IMG/VR virus record: IMGVR_UViG_3300017914_002582
Span: 3,526 to 67,525 of that record
Length of the DNA: 64,000 nucleotides
Direction: 5' to 3' (one strand)
Origin: a virus
Lineage: Duplodnaviria; Caudoviricetes
Positions 16,629 to 28,309 of this stretch are shown piece after piece. Within the stretch, counting starts at the first letter, position 1; each line of letters opens with the position of its first letter. A model generated the notes under the pieces. It searched no databases. It saw nothing but the letters and a program-made list of their open reading frames with translations, and was not told the DNA's origin. The translations under genes were made by a program, and so were the position numbers.

Positions 16629-19600
16629 ATGTCACATAACGTCACTGAATCAGTAGCATTAGCACCTCATTCTGTTGAGGCGGCTAATCTTGAAAGCCTA
16701 ATTCCAGATCAGCTTAGGACAAATGCACAGAACTTCTTGGGATTAATAAAAGACTACTACGGCTTTTTGAATCAAGATGGACAAGTATCAGAAATGTCTA
16801 TTAAGGTTCCTACTATTGGTGACGGCGCCGGGCGGAATCTACCTTTTCGTGACTTAAATGTTTCTGACCAAAATATTGGTGTGACAGTAACAGACTTCAC
16901 ACCAAGTGGCTATAACCAGTTGTATAAGCGTGATGAAGCTAATCCTGACTTGTATGTTGGGGTCATTGATAGTTCATATATTATTACAAAGACTGTATCA
17001 TCTTTACCAAACGATCAACTTCGATCTACTTGGGTAATGGCTAATACTACACAAGGCACAACACAGTATGGTAAAATTGATTTTTATGACTCTACATACA
17101 ATGATGATATTACAAATGGTGTTGGTAGTAAAGAACTTTCAGTCGAAGACGTAACTTTTGTGGGTAATCCATCTGGAACCACAACTCCATCTGGAGCTAG
17201 TACTACCTCTTTTAGAGTTGGTAGAATGAATATGGTCGGGCTCACAAATGCTGCAGTACCAAGTGCAACAACGATTGTTACATTTAGTGACATGCCTGTA
17301 TACGGCGGGTCTGGTAGTGGCCTTACAGTTGATATCACTGTTGAAAATGCAAGAGTGGCAACTATTAAACCAAACCGGCCTGGTTTTGGTTATCGTGTTG
17401 GAGAAAACATTCGCTTGACAAATCGTATACTAGATAACACAGTATTCACAGTTGAAAATCTGCAATCATCTCCAAGTAATATAACACGAAGAATTTTAGG
17501 AGAACATGATATTGATAAAACATCTGCTGAGTTTTTAGATAGGATTCAGGCAGAAATTGCAACAGGTATTCCCAATGCTTCTCTACTCGACCGTAGAGCA
17601 TTATATAAAAAGATTGTAGAATACTATAATACCAGAGGCAGTGAAGATAGTATTGTTTCTTTCTTTAAAATCTTTTTTGACGAAGTTGTAGATATATCAT
17701 ATCCTAAAGATCGCTTGTTTATACCTTCTGATAATTCATATCAGGGAACTTCTACAGTAAGCCCGACAAAAGACAAATACATGTACAAGAAGGGCAGTGA
17801 TGACCGAAGACGTATTGCCTTTTACCGAAATAAACAATATTTAAATGAAAAGGCTGGGACATATTTTATTGACTTTGAAGTTGGAGAGAACTATGTATTA
17901 GCAGACTCGACTCCGGTTGGTAACGCAGAAAACTCACGGACATTTACACCCCTATTTGCAGCAGAAGGACAACGTAGAAAAAGTGTTAATGAATTTGCCT
18001 TCACACGCTTGGCTGATGCGGGTATGGGATTTAGCATTAGAGACAATGGTGAGTTAAAAATTTCCGGTAGATTCGGCCGTTACCAAAACGATATCAGTAA
18101 AACCTTTTCGAACTATTGGGACACTTTAATTCCTGAAAATAACCGCGATAAAAAAAGAATCAGATTAGCTATTACCGTTGATATAAGAGAAAACGATGAT
18201 AACAAATACGCAGCGGATTACGGTTCTAAATACGCAGCTTGGGATTCGCCTGAATATCACATCGGGGCAGCTAAATTATCAATAAGTACGATTATTAATA
18301 GTGATAGCCCTCCAGGCTCTATTGAGGGAGAAGATGACGGTAACGTATTTGAAATGGATGACTTTCATACAGTCGGTGGGCCAGTAGAAGATACAAACTT
18401 ATATCCGTCTGCATTAGGTCAGGCTATTAATAGTGGTAGTATAGGTTCCGGTGGTGGACAAGGTAAAGATTATTATGAAAACGCAAATGGAGAGGTTTAT
18501 TTTTACGGATTTGCGTTTATAAATCGTATATGTACAACTCAAGAGCTTCAGAATTACGCAAGGACAGGAGCAATCCCAAGCGATAATATTCTAGACCTAG
18601 ATTTAGATAACGAAGGCAATACATATTTTTATAATAGAAATACCACTAACATAATTGCAAGACAAGTAAAAGGTGATTTTAATAGTGAAGCAAGATATAA
18701 CACCCTTCAAGAAACTAACTTTGGTCTTTCAAGTACTGGCAGTGAATACCCAAGATTTATCTCATGGCTTAATAGCAAAGGATTCCCTTCTGACATAAAC
18801 AGACTACACGATGGTGATAAGTATCAAAATTTTTCATACGTTATTCGTACTGCTCTTTCAGCAAACTTGTGGAAGACTGAATTTAATAAGTTAATACACC
18901 CAGCAGGACTGAAGTTTTTCGTTGCGTTATATCTTGAAGCCGATTTCCGTGTTCAACGTAGATCATTTGAACCACCAAGATTTGAGTGGGTTGAAAAACA
19001 ATACTTAAAAGATATTGCAGCAAATAACCAATTTGAAAAACATAGTCCTCACTATCAGCCTGGTTGGCTTGAAGCACAATTCGTAATTCCGATTGAAATT
19101 GTTGTTTATCGTCTCTTGTCAGCATTCTATGTATTAGAGCAAGCTCAATATAACGCAATTTATGATAACTATTTTAATTCTGACAATGGATTAAGAATCC
19201 GTCAACAAAATGAATTGTCATTGCTTGGTGATACAAAACAATCAAGGTTTGATACTACCAACTTCTCAGACACTTTTATTGAGTTTGAGGGTGATGGCAC
19301 GGGAATGAAAACTGCTGGTAGAATTAATGAAAATTCAGCTTTTGAGGTTTCATTTAGACTTCTCAAAGATAACGCAGTTGGTAAATACGTAGCTGGTTCG
19401 TCATGGACGGGAACTGATGGCCATATTCGTGAAATGTCTATTCGACAAATTATGAATAATGCTGCTGGAGAACGACAAGTAGAAGTATCCATAACCGATA
19501 ATGCAGCTCAGTATTCTACTGCAGATGAAATACACTCGATCAAAGCAATCGCAGATCAATATACTAGGCAGCACGGACAAAAAGGTGTATATTTTAGTGA

Positions 19601-22600
19601 CGAAAATATCACATTTGATTCTGGCGTAAATAATAATTTAAGAGGCGGAACTAGAGGACACACCTTAGTTGTATTTAGAAGATCAGACAGAAAAGTATTA
19701 TTCAATACTACCTATGATACATACGGAGATATTAATAATGCTACCACACTTGCTAATAAAATTAATTCTTATGGCAGTGGCCATGTTATAATCTTATACT
19801 CCCATGATGCTACGGGATGTAATACTGATTTAAGAAATGCTCTTAAGAATTGTGGTGCAGGGGACTCAACAACAACTTGGACAGAACAAAGAGTTCCCCA
19901 TGTGTTTATTGGCATTCGTGGAGGAACCCGTGGAACAGCAATTGAAAGACTTCCAAATCCTTTACTATCGAGTAGTGCTACACAAGAGATACCTATTGCA
20001 ATATGTAACTATGAGGGTACTTCTACTTTTACAGGCGGAGATGAAATATTTAGACAACCTAAATTTAAAGCAATACCGTTAAAAGTAGTATGTCCTAGTA
20101 ATGACTTTATTAACTTAGAATTATTTTCAAATGGTAAAATTGTTGAACACAGAGGTGAAGACGATATTATCCTCCGAAGTGAGCTAGAAGCTTCTGATCC
20201 TAGATATTTTAAAGAAATTAACTATACTGGTTATAATTGGATACATCATCTTCGTGATATTACGCAGGGTATAAGTTCTGCAAATGGTTCGGGTACTATT
20301 TATTATGACGAAACCCTAGGTGGAGTTGTATCAACTGGCAACGAACGTCGGCTTTTCTTGGATAATTTAATTGAAATTGAAGAAGACGCTGAATATGAAA
20401 TTTTTATTACAATTAAGAATTTATTAAAAGATAAAAAAAATAAAATTTATGCTGGTGTAAATTCTACTGATTCATCTGGTTCAAGAGTAGGAACAGATGC
20501 CTTTCATAGTTATAACTATGCATTAGCTTCAGGGTATATCCTCGGCAAAAACGAAGAGAAAACATTTACAAAAGTGTTTAGTGGGTTTAACCCTCCTAAC
20601 GAATTACAATATAGTCAGGCCGGGAGATCAGCCAGAAAATTTGATCCAGGCGCTACTCATTTTGAATTGATGGTAATTTCAAATTATGACGCAGGTAATC
20701 TTGACGGATTTAGTGAGCCATACGTTCCAACTCTTCTTATTAAAGACATAATTATTAAAAGAAAAGATGGTAAAGTAATTTTTGATTCTTTAGCAGATAG
20801 ACGAGACCCCAACTATGGTGTTAAAAAGATTACTACTTCTGCTCTTCCTGTTCTAGATATTGGTGGTAAAAACGGAGTATTTAGAAATACAATGGCAATT
20901 GGCACACTTCAGAAGAATAGCATTCTTGAAGGCGTGACTTCTTTACCACAACCAAAACCAAATTACATAGCTAACCTATATGATTCTTTCTTACCGTTTA
21001 GAGAAGGACGTGGAAATTTCAATGGTTTTGAAAGAAATGGACAAATATCGGAAAACAGTAGAGAACTTAGAACTGACCCCTTCAATAACAAAGCAGTGGT
21101 ATGGGTTGGCAAAAATAGTGGTACTGATAATAATGGAGACGGCGGGTTCAACGGCCCCAAAGTAAGCATTTCTAATCCAGCAAGTGGTTCTTTATATAGG
21201 GTTTCCTTGTTCTTAAAAATTAATCAATCAAGCATTGACTCTGGACGTTACTATTTTGGGTTGAATTCATATAGCGCGGGAGGAAAAGAAACTCCTGTCT
21301 ATTATCGACCGAATTCAAGTAGGACTTTTAAAATCACCGCGGTGAATAACAGTACAGCAGGTACTATAACTATAGACCGTGAACAGACTAATCCGGCCGG
21401 AGCAGTAAGAATCGAAAATGTGGTTGGTACAACACAACTTAATACTGCTATAAACAATCCAATGGATGTTGTTTATTTTAGAAGAGATTCTAACGACAGA
21501 AAAATTCTTAGACTGTATAGCGATGCGGAATTCACAACACTCTTAGACACATCAGCCTATAGTGAATATATCAGCGGAGGTGATGTTAAAATAGTTGCTA
21601 TCACAAATCCATATTTTAGAAGCGGGCCAGCTGAAAGCTTTGAACCAAAGGAAAAGTGGGCTTTGTTTGTATCCTATGTATACACTTCAAACTATGGTAA
21701 CTATACTTTAGACCATGATTTATTTTCAGACGCTGGTATATACGATGTAGAAACTGGAAAACAGATTAACACAATTATTAACATATATGGTCTTGATCCT
21801 GCTGCAGATGAAATCAGAATGAGAGCGTATCAGTATTATAATACATCCTCAACTGAAAGTGAATATGAATGGGTATACCCAAGAATAGATTTAGTTGACG
21901 GGCGGGAACCAACAACTGAAGATATCTTAAGTGGAGAAGCTGTTAAAAATATCGATAACTACCCTTCAAATATTAGAGTAAATAAATCAGCAGTTTCAAA
22001 TGGGCAAGATGGCAATCATGTTTATCTATTTAACGAAGGCTCTTCAACTGTAGGCGAAGTCAGCTCAGCTATTACAACACACCCCGATCCTGATGACGCA
22101 ATTGTACCAGTTACCGATCCGCCCTTGCTAGAGAGAGCTAAGGTGTTGACACCCATAATTAAAGATGTGTCTGGCGATAATGACGGTGAACTTTTGAGTA
22201 GAAGCGGAATATCTAATGTTAGACGGATATCTGAATTTGATCGGCAACATATTACGACAGTAAACCCACGACCTGTTGGTATATATACAGTATTACCAGA
22301 AGACTATACTGTAACTAGAGCATCACATAACCCTGCAACTGATGAGCTCGGAAGTGGTGCTGAATTTAGAGTGCATATTAATGAAAGTTTTGCGTCAGTT
22401 GAAGTTGTAAAACAAGGTATAAACTTTGAAGTCAATGATATAATAACAATTCCAAATAGTGTTTTAGGTGATGAGGGCCCATACCCTGACCTTCAATTTA
22501 AAGTACGAAAGACTGCAGGCGGTAAAATAGAGTTTGAAGAAAAGATGGATGACGCCGTCGGGTATAAACCTGTTTACTTGTCAAGAGACACTAGAGATAC

Positions 22601-25600
22601 CGATAATCCTGCTGGAGTTAGATCAGATGGATTGAAAATTGACAATGAAATTATTAATCCTACAGATGACTTCAATTGGCAAACCGATGTAGAATATGAG
22701 ATTAATTTTAATGTAACAAAATACTTAGATAGAAATACTCCTGCTAATCTGTTTATTGGCGGAGGTGAAATCGGACATTACGAAAGTGAGCAAATCGACC
22801 GTGGGTTTCGTCCGTATAAAGTTGGTAGTGTTGGGGTTAGTACTGGTAATCCTAATGCAAGACAACGTGCCGTAACTAGTTCTCAAGGTGTCGGGCCACA
22901 CGAAGTTGAATTTAAAAGTGCTAGTGAAGGGCTATGTACTATCGAACTTATGATAGACGACGCTGAAGGAGGTATTCGTTTAGCTCTTAACGGTCACGAA
23001 CTTACTGTTAAAAATTCTGGCAACAAAAGGAATATGGATTATAGAAACCAAACCCATATTGAGGTAGACGACGGTGGGAGTAGTATTGATAACAATCCAG
23101 ATAACCTTCTCTATGTCAGAGCAGCTGGCGTGTACACCTTTGAAAGTGATAAACTTGTAAAAGGCAGTAACACAATTCAAATATATAGAAGAGGAAACGT
23201 ATCGGATGGATACGCAGTTAGATGGTTAAGAGTTCTACCGGCAGGTAGCAGTAACGGATTAATTCAGACAGGAACAAACTCACATAACTTAATTATCGAC
23301 CCATCTATCGAAAATAAAAATATCATAATCGAAAAAGACGCGTCTAAAAGAACTAAGTATAATAATAGAACATTTAATTACGATAACATTGATATAAAAG
23401 AGTTTCATTATAAACTTGATGATATTGTAGTTCGGTCTTTAAGAAAAAGAGTTTACTCTAGTAGATTTGAACCTATTGTTGCTGATCCTCCCGCGATTAG
23501 AAATAACATAGAAGGCGGAATTAAATTTATAAACGCTACTGATAGTGATGAGAGTTTTGGCACAGAGCTTTACCGTCCAATCGACCTTGATAGTCTTTCT
23601 GCAGTTGACGGATGCACTTCATTTGGCGCTAAAAGACTGTTTATCCCAGCCATAGAAGAATACGATTCAGCTTCTGGTATTGGGCAAGAGTATGTGGAAT
23701 TTGAAGGAGTAAGAACACCAATACTTGGCATTCCAAAAGGTAACTATAATGTATTAAAATTAAATGCTGATAAAGCTGATGGGCACGGTATTATTTTTGG
23801 AGGTAGTGACAGATCACTTCCGATTGGTACGTTTAAAGCAAACACATACTATGAATTAACTGCTAAGGTATTCATACCTTCTAGTAATACAAAACTTACA
23901 ACCATTTTTGTAATGGCTGGAAGAAATATTCCTTCGTTAGATAAACAAGGGAAAGAAATTAAACGGGCAACAACAGGAATATATGTGTTTGAACTTCCAG
24001 TTGGAAAACACCAAGAGGTGAAAGGTAAATACTACGGATGGGGTGTTTACGACTTGGAAGAAACAAAAGTAAATACACAGGGCGAGTGGGTTGATATTGT
24101 ACACTCATTTAAGACAGGTGCTTTAGACCTTGATGAACAGCCTAAGATTATGTTTGCTACTGGACTTAGAGACGATGCTATTAGAGGTGTTGCGGGTTAT
24201 GGTGGTGATGCTGAAAACGAATCCTTTATGATTCGTGATATTAGAATACTAGAAGGTGTAAACCCAAAAGCGTTTCCTTTTAAAGAAAAGACTGACAGTA
24301 AATACAATGCAATTATTAAACGTAAAAATAATAAAGATATTGTAATTGAAGATAACGTATTGTCAGACAAAACACAGCTAACTATTAATACATCCTACGA
24401 TGAAAGTCCAACAACGACAACATATTCTCTGCGGGATAGTCACCGTGAGTTTGGCAATTTTGAATTAGCTAACCTAGTAGAAACTGAACCGAACTTGATT
24501 GCAGATCATGTCCCCTTTGTACTTAGTGAAGGCCTTGATGTTTCAATTAAAAATCCTAAACTTTTCCCTCTTGGGAATCCTTATGCGACTGATGATGATG
24601 CATCGCCGTTTGGAACAACTTTTGAAAACAGAGTAATAACAGACTTTACTCCGTTCTACGGAAAAGAACCAATTTGGATTGCCGAAAATAGAGATGACGG
24701 CTCCTTCGATAGCTCACCCGCTGGAGCTAAATATGATGGAGGTTTTGAATCTAGTTTTGTAAAAGTAAACCCGAATAGAACATATCGTTGCTCTTGTTGG
24801 ATTCATCAAAGTGATACAACATTTGGTATCGATGATTCACCTTTAGCACCTGGCGGATTAAAGATTATGGGTATCACTGCAAAAAATGCTAGTGGGGATA
24901 CCATTCAGTTGTCTAATATAACAGACGGTGCGACATCTGCTGATTCTCCTTCATTCTTTAATAGCTATGATTTAGGTTTTAATACTACATCAGCTGATAG
25001 CCCAAGTATTGGTGTAAACGACGATAAGTGGTATCTAGTGGTAGGACACATTAGACCATTTGGCCATGTAGGCGAAACAGATCACGCGGATAGTGGTGTT
25101 TACCCACCTTCTAGAAGAGGCAAAAAAGAAAGAACACTAATCAATAGTGGGGATTGGAAGTTTAAGTCTAACGTAGATAAAATTAAACTGTACTGTACAC
25201 ACTTTGCAAACTCACAGCAATCGAAGAATCCAGTTAAGTTCTTTGCTCCAAGAATTGAAGAGATAAATGGTACAGAGCCGACAATATCAGAATTAACGAG
25301 TGGTAAGGTATTGGCTGAAAACTACAGACACGATAAAATATATCCTGTCACAGTTGCATCTTGGGAAGACTCAATGCATAACTCAAGAGACCTATTAATT
25401 AATGACGATGATTTCAGACACACAATTCTAGGCAATACTTTTAACGTTTCATTAAATGATCCATATAATTCACAAAATAGATCAGACTATTTAGAAGTGG
25501 TCATTACCGACAAAAAGGGAATTGAAGACACTATTATTACTATAACTACACCGTCTGATTCTAGAGATATTACTATTCCGATTCTTGATCCAGCTGGGGA

Positions 25601-26336
25601 AACTGCTCAGTGTAACATTGATTGGGGTGATGGAAGTGTCGATGCTATCTCAAGTGGGAGTGATTCTAATTTAACTCACACTTACGCGACAGCTGGAAAT
25701 TATACTATTACAATCAGTGGTGAATTTTATAAGGTATCCGCGGATGATAAAACCGGAGCAGGAGTTACTAACTTTAAATCAGATGTAAGAACTTTCTACT
25801 TAGGAAGCTCACCAGTAACCGAATTTAATAAAGCGTTAAAAGATTGTACCGGACTAACATCCTTTACAACTGCTGAAGGTATCACTAACACTACTGCAGT
25901 AACTGTATTTTCGGAAGTATTAAGAGGTTGTAGTTCGCTTACCTCGGCCGATGTTTCTGGTCTAAATACAAGTAACGCAACTAGAATGGACGGCATGTTC
26001 AGAGACTGCGGAACGTTTACGATTACAGGTCTATACAAATTAGACTTAGCTTCTTTAGAAACAGGAGCTTCAAAAGGTCTTGCAAACTTTTTGATTGGAA
26101 GTAAAATTAATACAGAATCACATGAAAGAGCACTTCTAACATGGGCAGGTGATGATTCTACTCCAGACGCTCTTCATTATCACATGGGGACATCAAACTT
26201 CCGAATCGGTAATGAATTTGATTCACCGAATGATGAAAATCCAACACCGCTTGTGAATAATGCATATACAAAACTTGATATTATAAAACGATGGAATATA
26301 ACTATATCATCCGGCGGCGGATTTATCGGAGATTAA
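16629..26336 (+). CDS. gp7: Giant gp7-like baseplate wedge protein with appended adhesin/lectin-like domains, 3235 aa
   Basis: gp7-like segments HDIDKTSAEFLD, LYKKIVEYYNTRGSEDSI..FFKIFF and DGDKYQNFSYVIRT...LIHPAGLKFF; located between gp6 and gp8. Confidence 0.75.
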   Translation: MSHNVTESVALAPHSVEAANLESLIPDQLRTNAQNFLGLIKDYYGFLNQDGQVSEMSIKVPTIGDGAGRNLPFRDLNVSDQNIGVTVTDFTPSGYNQLYKRDEANPDLYVGVIDSSYIITKTVSSLPNDQLRSTWVMANTTQGTTQYGKIDFYDSTYNDDITNGVGSKELSVEDVTFVGNPSGTTTPSGASTTSFRVGRMNMVGLTNAAVPSATTIVTFSDMPVYGGSGSGLTVDITVENARVATIKPNRPGFGYRVGENIRLTNRILDNTVFTVENLQSSPSNITRRILGEHDIDKTSAEFLDRIQAEIATGIPNASLLDRRALYKKIVEYYNTRGSEDSIVSFFKIFFDEVVDISYPKDRLFIPSDNSYQGTSTVSPTKDKYMYKKGSDDRRRIAFYRNKQYLNEKAGTYFIDFEVGENYVLADSTPVGNAENSRTFTPLFAAEGQRRKSVNEFAFTRLADAGMGFSIRDNGELKISGRFGRYQNDISKTFSNYWDTLIPENNRDKKRIRLAITVDIRENDDNKYAADYGSKYAAWDSPEYHIGAAKLSISTIINSDSPPGSIEGEDDGNVFEMDDFHTVGGPVEDTNLYPSALGQAINSGSIGSGGGQGKDYYENANGEVYFYGFAFINRICTTQELQNYARTGAIPSDNILDLDLDNEGNTYFYNRNTTNIIARQVKGDFNSEARYNTLQETNFGLSSTGSEYPRFISWLNSKGFPSDINRLHDGDKYQNFSYVIRTALSANLWKTEFNKLIHPAGLKFFVALYLEADFRVQRRSFEPPRFEWVEKQYLKDIAANNQFEKHSPHYQPGWLEAQFVIPIEIVVYRLLSAFYVLEQAQYNAIYDNYFNSDNGLRIRQQNELSLLGDTKQSRFDTTNFSDTFIEFEGDGTGMKTAGRINENSAFEVSFRLLKDNAVGKYVAGSSWTGTDGHIREMSIRQIMNNAAGERQVEVSITDNAAQYSTADEIHSIKAIADQYTRQHGQKGVYFSDENITFDSGVNNNLRGGTRGHTLVVFRRSDRKVLFNTTYDTYGDINNATTLANKINSYGSGHVIILYSHDATGCNTDLRNALKNCGAGDSTTTWTEQRVPHVFIGIRGGTRGTAIERLPNPLLSSSATQEIPIAICNYEGTSTFTGGDEIFRQPKFKAIPLKVVCPSNDFINLELFSNGKIVEHRGEDDIILRSELEASDPRYFKEINYTGYNWIHHLRDITQGISSANGSGTIYYDETLGGVVSTGNERRLFLDNLIEIEEDAEYEIFITIKNLLKDKKNKIYAGVNSTDSSGSRVGTDAFHSYNYALASGYILGKNEEKTFTKVFSGFNPPNELQYSQAGRSARKFDPGATHFELMVISNYDAGNLDGFSEPYVPTLLIKDIIIKRKDGKVIFDSLADRRDPNYGVKKITTSALPVLDIGGKNGVFRNTMAIGTLQKNSILEGVTSLPQPKPNYIANLYDSFLPFREGRGNFNGFERNGQISENSRELRTDPFNNKAVVWVGKNSGTDNNGDGGFNGPKVSISNPASGSLYRVSLFLKINQSSIDSGRYYFGLNSYSAGGKETPVYYRPNSSRTFKITAVNNSTAGTITIDREQTNPAGAVRIENVVGTTQLNTAINNPMDVVYFRRDSNDRKILRLYSDAEFTTLLDTSAYSEYISGGDVKIVAITNPYFRSGPAESFEPKEKWALFVSYVYTSNYGNYTLDHDLFSDAGIYDVETGKQINTIINIYGLDPAADEIRMRAYQYYNTSSTESEYEWVYPRIDLVDGREPTTEDILSGEAVKNIDNYPSNIRVNKSAVSNGQDGNHVYLFNEGSSTVGEVSSAITTHPDPDDAIVPVTDPPLLERAKVLTPIIKDVSGDNDGELLSRSGISNVRRISEFDRQHITTVNPRPVGIYTVLPEDYTVTRASHNPATDELGSGAEFRVHINESFASVEVVKQGINFEVNDIITIPNSVLGDEGPYPDLQFKVRKTAGGKIEFEEKMDDAVGYKPVYLSRDTRDTDNPAGVRSDGLKIDNEIINPTDDFNWQTDVEYEINFNVTKYLDRNTPANLFIGGGEIGHYESEQIDRGFRPYKVGSVGVSTGNPNARQRAVTSSQGVGPHEVEFKSASEGLCTIELMIDDAEGGIRLALNGHELTVKNSGNKRNMDYRNQTHIEVDDGGSSIDNNPDNLLYVRAAGVYTFESDKLVKGSNTIQIYRRGNVSDGYAVRWLRVLPAGSSNGLIQTGTNSHNLIIDPSIENKNIIIEKDASKRTKYNNRTFNYDNIDIKEFHYKLDDIVVRSLRKRVYSSRFEPIVADPPAIRNNIEGGIKFINATDSDESFGTELYRPIDLDSLSAVDGCTSFGAKRLFIPAIEEYDSASGIGQEYVEFEGVRTPILGIPKGNYNVLKLNADKADGHGIIFGGSDRSLPIGTFKANTYYELTAKVFIPSSNTKLTTIFVMAGRNIPSLDKQGKEIKRATTGIYVFELPVGKHQEVKGKYYGWGVYDLEETKVNTQGEWVDIVHSFKTGALDLDEQPKIMFATGLRDDAIRGVAGYGGDAENESFMIRDIRILEGVNPKAFPFKEKTDSKYNAIIKRKNNKDIVIEDNVLSDKTQLTINTSYDESPTTTTYSLRDSHREFGNFELANLVETEPNLIADHVPFVLSEGLDVSIKNPKLFPLGNPYATDDDASPFGTTFENRVITDFTPFYGKEPIWIAENRDDGSFDSSPAGAKYDGGFESSFVKVNPNRTYRCSCWIHQSDTTFGIDDSPLAPGGLKIMGITAKNASGDTIQLSNITDGATSADSPSFFNSYDLGFNTTSADSPSIGVNDDKWYLVVGHIRPFGHVGETDHADSGVYPPSRRGKKERTLINSGDWKFKSNVDKIKLYCTHFANSQQSKNPVKFFAPRIEEINGTEPTISELTSGKVLAENYRHDKIYPVTVASWEDSMHNSRDLLINDDDFRHTILGNTFNVSLNDPYNSQNRSDYLEVVITDKKGIEDTIITITTPSDSRDITIPILDPAGETAQCNIDWGDGSVDAISSGSDSNLTHTYATAGNYTITISGEFYKVSADDKTGAGVTNFKSDVRTFYLGSSPVTEFNKALKDCTGLTSFTTAEGITNTTAVTVFSEVLRGCSSLTSADVSGLNTSNATRMDGMFRDCGTFTITGLYKLDLASLETGASKGLANFLIGSKINTESHERALLTWAGDDSTPDALHYHMGTSNFRIGNEFDSPNDENPTPLVNNAYTKLDIIKRWNITISSGGGFIGD

Positions 26337-26350
26337 GTTCATCATTTTTA

Positions 26351-26358
26351 TATAAATA
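26351..26358 (+). promoter_or_regulatory. T4-type late promoter for gp8
   Basis: TATAAATA in the gp7-gp8 gap. Confidence 0.85.
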
Positions 26359-26391
26359 AACGTAACTAACTAATAAATACGAGTATTACTT

Positions 26392-28302
26392 ATGGCAGCT
26401 ATTATTACAGACGAATTCAGAAAAAACAACATCGAAACATTTGTAAAGGATGTTGAAGATTCACCAGCCTTAGATGGTCATAATTATTATCTTGGTATCG
26501 GTAAAACCGATCCATGGCCGGCACAAGGTGGAGTGACCGAAACTAGTAGTGATTTTGAAGTACGGTTCCCAAGCGGAAGTATTGATGAAAAAGATGATAT
26601 TAAAAATAACTTAATGACTCTTATTAAGATTGACTCGACTGATATTCATCGACTCGTGCCAAAAGTTGACTTTAGAATCGGAGAAATATATAAGATATTT
26701 GATCCAACTGATCCTACATGTTTTGACTATGATACTGTTCAAAACCATCTTCCCTGTTATGCTACATATACTGACACAGATGGTCATACAAAAATTTATA
26801 TGTGTTTGGGTAATAACGGTTTTAGTAGAACCGCTACTAACATTCCAGCAATGGATGATCCTGCTGATGCAACATCTAACTTTCCCTTTGGTGTAAAACA
26901 AAATACACTATCAGCTGGTGGTGATGGATACATCTGGGCTTATCTAGACTACTTAAATGACGATGATCCTAATAACCTGTTTGCAGATTCAAAAAGTTTT
27001 CAGTCACTTAGTAAGGATAGTGAAATTGACAGAAAAGTTTTCAATGAACTTGGTGGTCACGCCGGTGTTAGCGATGGCAGAACAAGAGCAACTAGAGCTA
27101 GTGCAGGACTATTGTATGGATTTAAAATTGTAAATGGCGGTTCTGGCTATCCAGTCCCCGCCGGCCAAACCAGCACTACACTCACTGCAAAAATTATTGG
27201 AGAAAGAATTAAAAACGACAGCGATGATTTTGCACAAGAAAGAATCGGCAACGCAATCACAGCAGCAGAAGATAACGATGTAACTGTTACTGTCGTACAG
27301 GGCCCTAATGGGGGTGTTGTACAAAGTGTAGAGTGGGATTTATCAAAAGCCAAACAGCTCGGTTTTGGTCGAACTGACTCGGTTGATTCTGAAGGAAACG
27401 CGGTTACAGGATTAACACGAAGTGATGTTAATGAACGAGGCGGTATTCTTAGAGCTTCTTTAGTAATTACTGACCCCTCAATATTTGAATCAAATGATGA
27501 ATTAAAGGCAGAAATTGTCGAAGCAGATATCCGACCTTTAATTGCACCACAATTTGGTTTTGGACATTCTGTTTTAACTGATCTGCCTTCTTACTACGCA
27601 GGAATTTCAGCTGACTTTGAAGGGACTATCGGTGAAAACAAAGCATCAGCACAGGATTCACCTCCAAGACACACAGCTGAAGCATTAGTTGATGTATCTT
27701 TTAGACAAGTGTCTCTATTAAGAGAAAAAACAGGAGAGCCGATTAGAACAGGAGAAGACGATTCTCCATGGCCAGATCCTCTAATTACTCCAGAAAAAGC
27801 AGTAAACTGTCTACCTTACTTTTTCGTACCATTTAAAGCTAACCAAGAACAACACACCCAAGTTCCAGCATCTTTAGCTGGAAAAGGCGGAGATGGTGTG
27901 TATGTTGAGCTCGCCGGAACAGTTTCTGGTGGTGGAGAAAAACCAAAGGCATGGGTAGATAAAATAAGCCCATTCTATAGCACTGATCCAGTTGATAATG
28001 TTCCTCAAACCCCAGAAACCGATACTGGTGGTGGTTTCAGAATATATTACCACCAAAACTCAGATAAGAGAATCAATAAAGCTCCGTTCCCTCGCGGGGA
28101 GAGTGAAGGTGTAGAAGTTAATATCTATGATTCGGCTGGGACTCTTTTGACTGATTCAATTAATGAAAAATGTTTCTATACTTTTATTGGTAATCCAGAA
28201 TATGAAAGAACAAGGGGCGAAGTTATCTTCGCAGAAAATAGAACACCGATTCGGCGAGATGCTCAACAAACAGAAGAAGTAAGACTAATTATTCAATTCT
28301 AA
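26392..28302 (+). CDS. gp8: Baseplate wedge subunit gp8
   Basis: MAAIITDEFRKNN, YYLGIGKTDPWP, YKIYMCLGN-like segment, DGYIWAYL, C-terminal GEVIFAENRTPIRRDAQQTEEVRLIIQF. Confidence 0.88.
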   Translation: MAAIITDEFRKNNIETFVKDVEDSPALDGHNYYLGIGKTDPWPAQGGVTETSSDFEVRFPSGSIDEKDDIKNNLMTLIKIDSTDIHRLVPKVDFRIGEIYKIFDPTDPTCFDYDTVQNHLPCYATYTDTDGHTKIYMCLGNNGFSRTATNIPAMDDPADATSNFPFGVKQNTLSAGGDGYIWAYLDYLNDDDPNNLFADSKSFQSLSKDSEIDRKVFNELGGHAGVSDGRTRATRASAGLLYGFKIVNGGSGYPVPAGQTSTTLTAKIIGERIKNDSDDFAQERIGNAITAAEDNDVTVTVVQGPNGGVVQSVEWDLSKAKQLGFGRTDSVDSEGNAVTGLTRSDVNERGGILRASLVITDPSIFESNDELKAEIVEADIRPLIAPQFGFGHSVLTDLPSYYAGISADFEGTIGENKASAQDSPPRHTAEALVDVSFRQVSLLREKTGEPIRTGEDDSPWPDPLITPEKAVNCLPYFFVPFKANQEQHTQVPASLAGKGGDGVYVELAGTVSGGGEKPKAWVDKISPFYSTDPVDNVPQTPETDTGGGFRIYYHQNSDKRINKAPFPRGESEGVEVNIYDSAGTLLTDSINEKCFYTFIGNPEYERTRGEVIFAENRTPIRRDAQQTEEVRLIIQF

Positions 28303-28309
28303 GGAAGTT

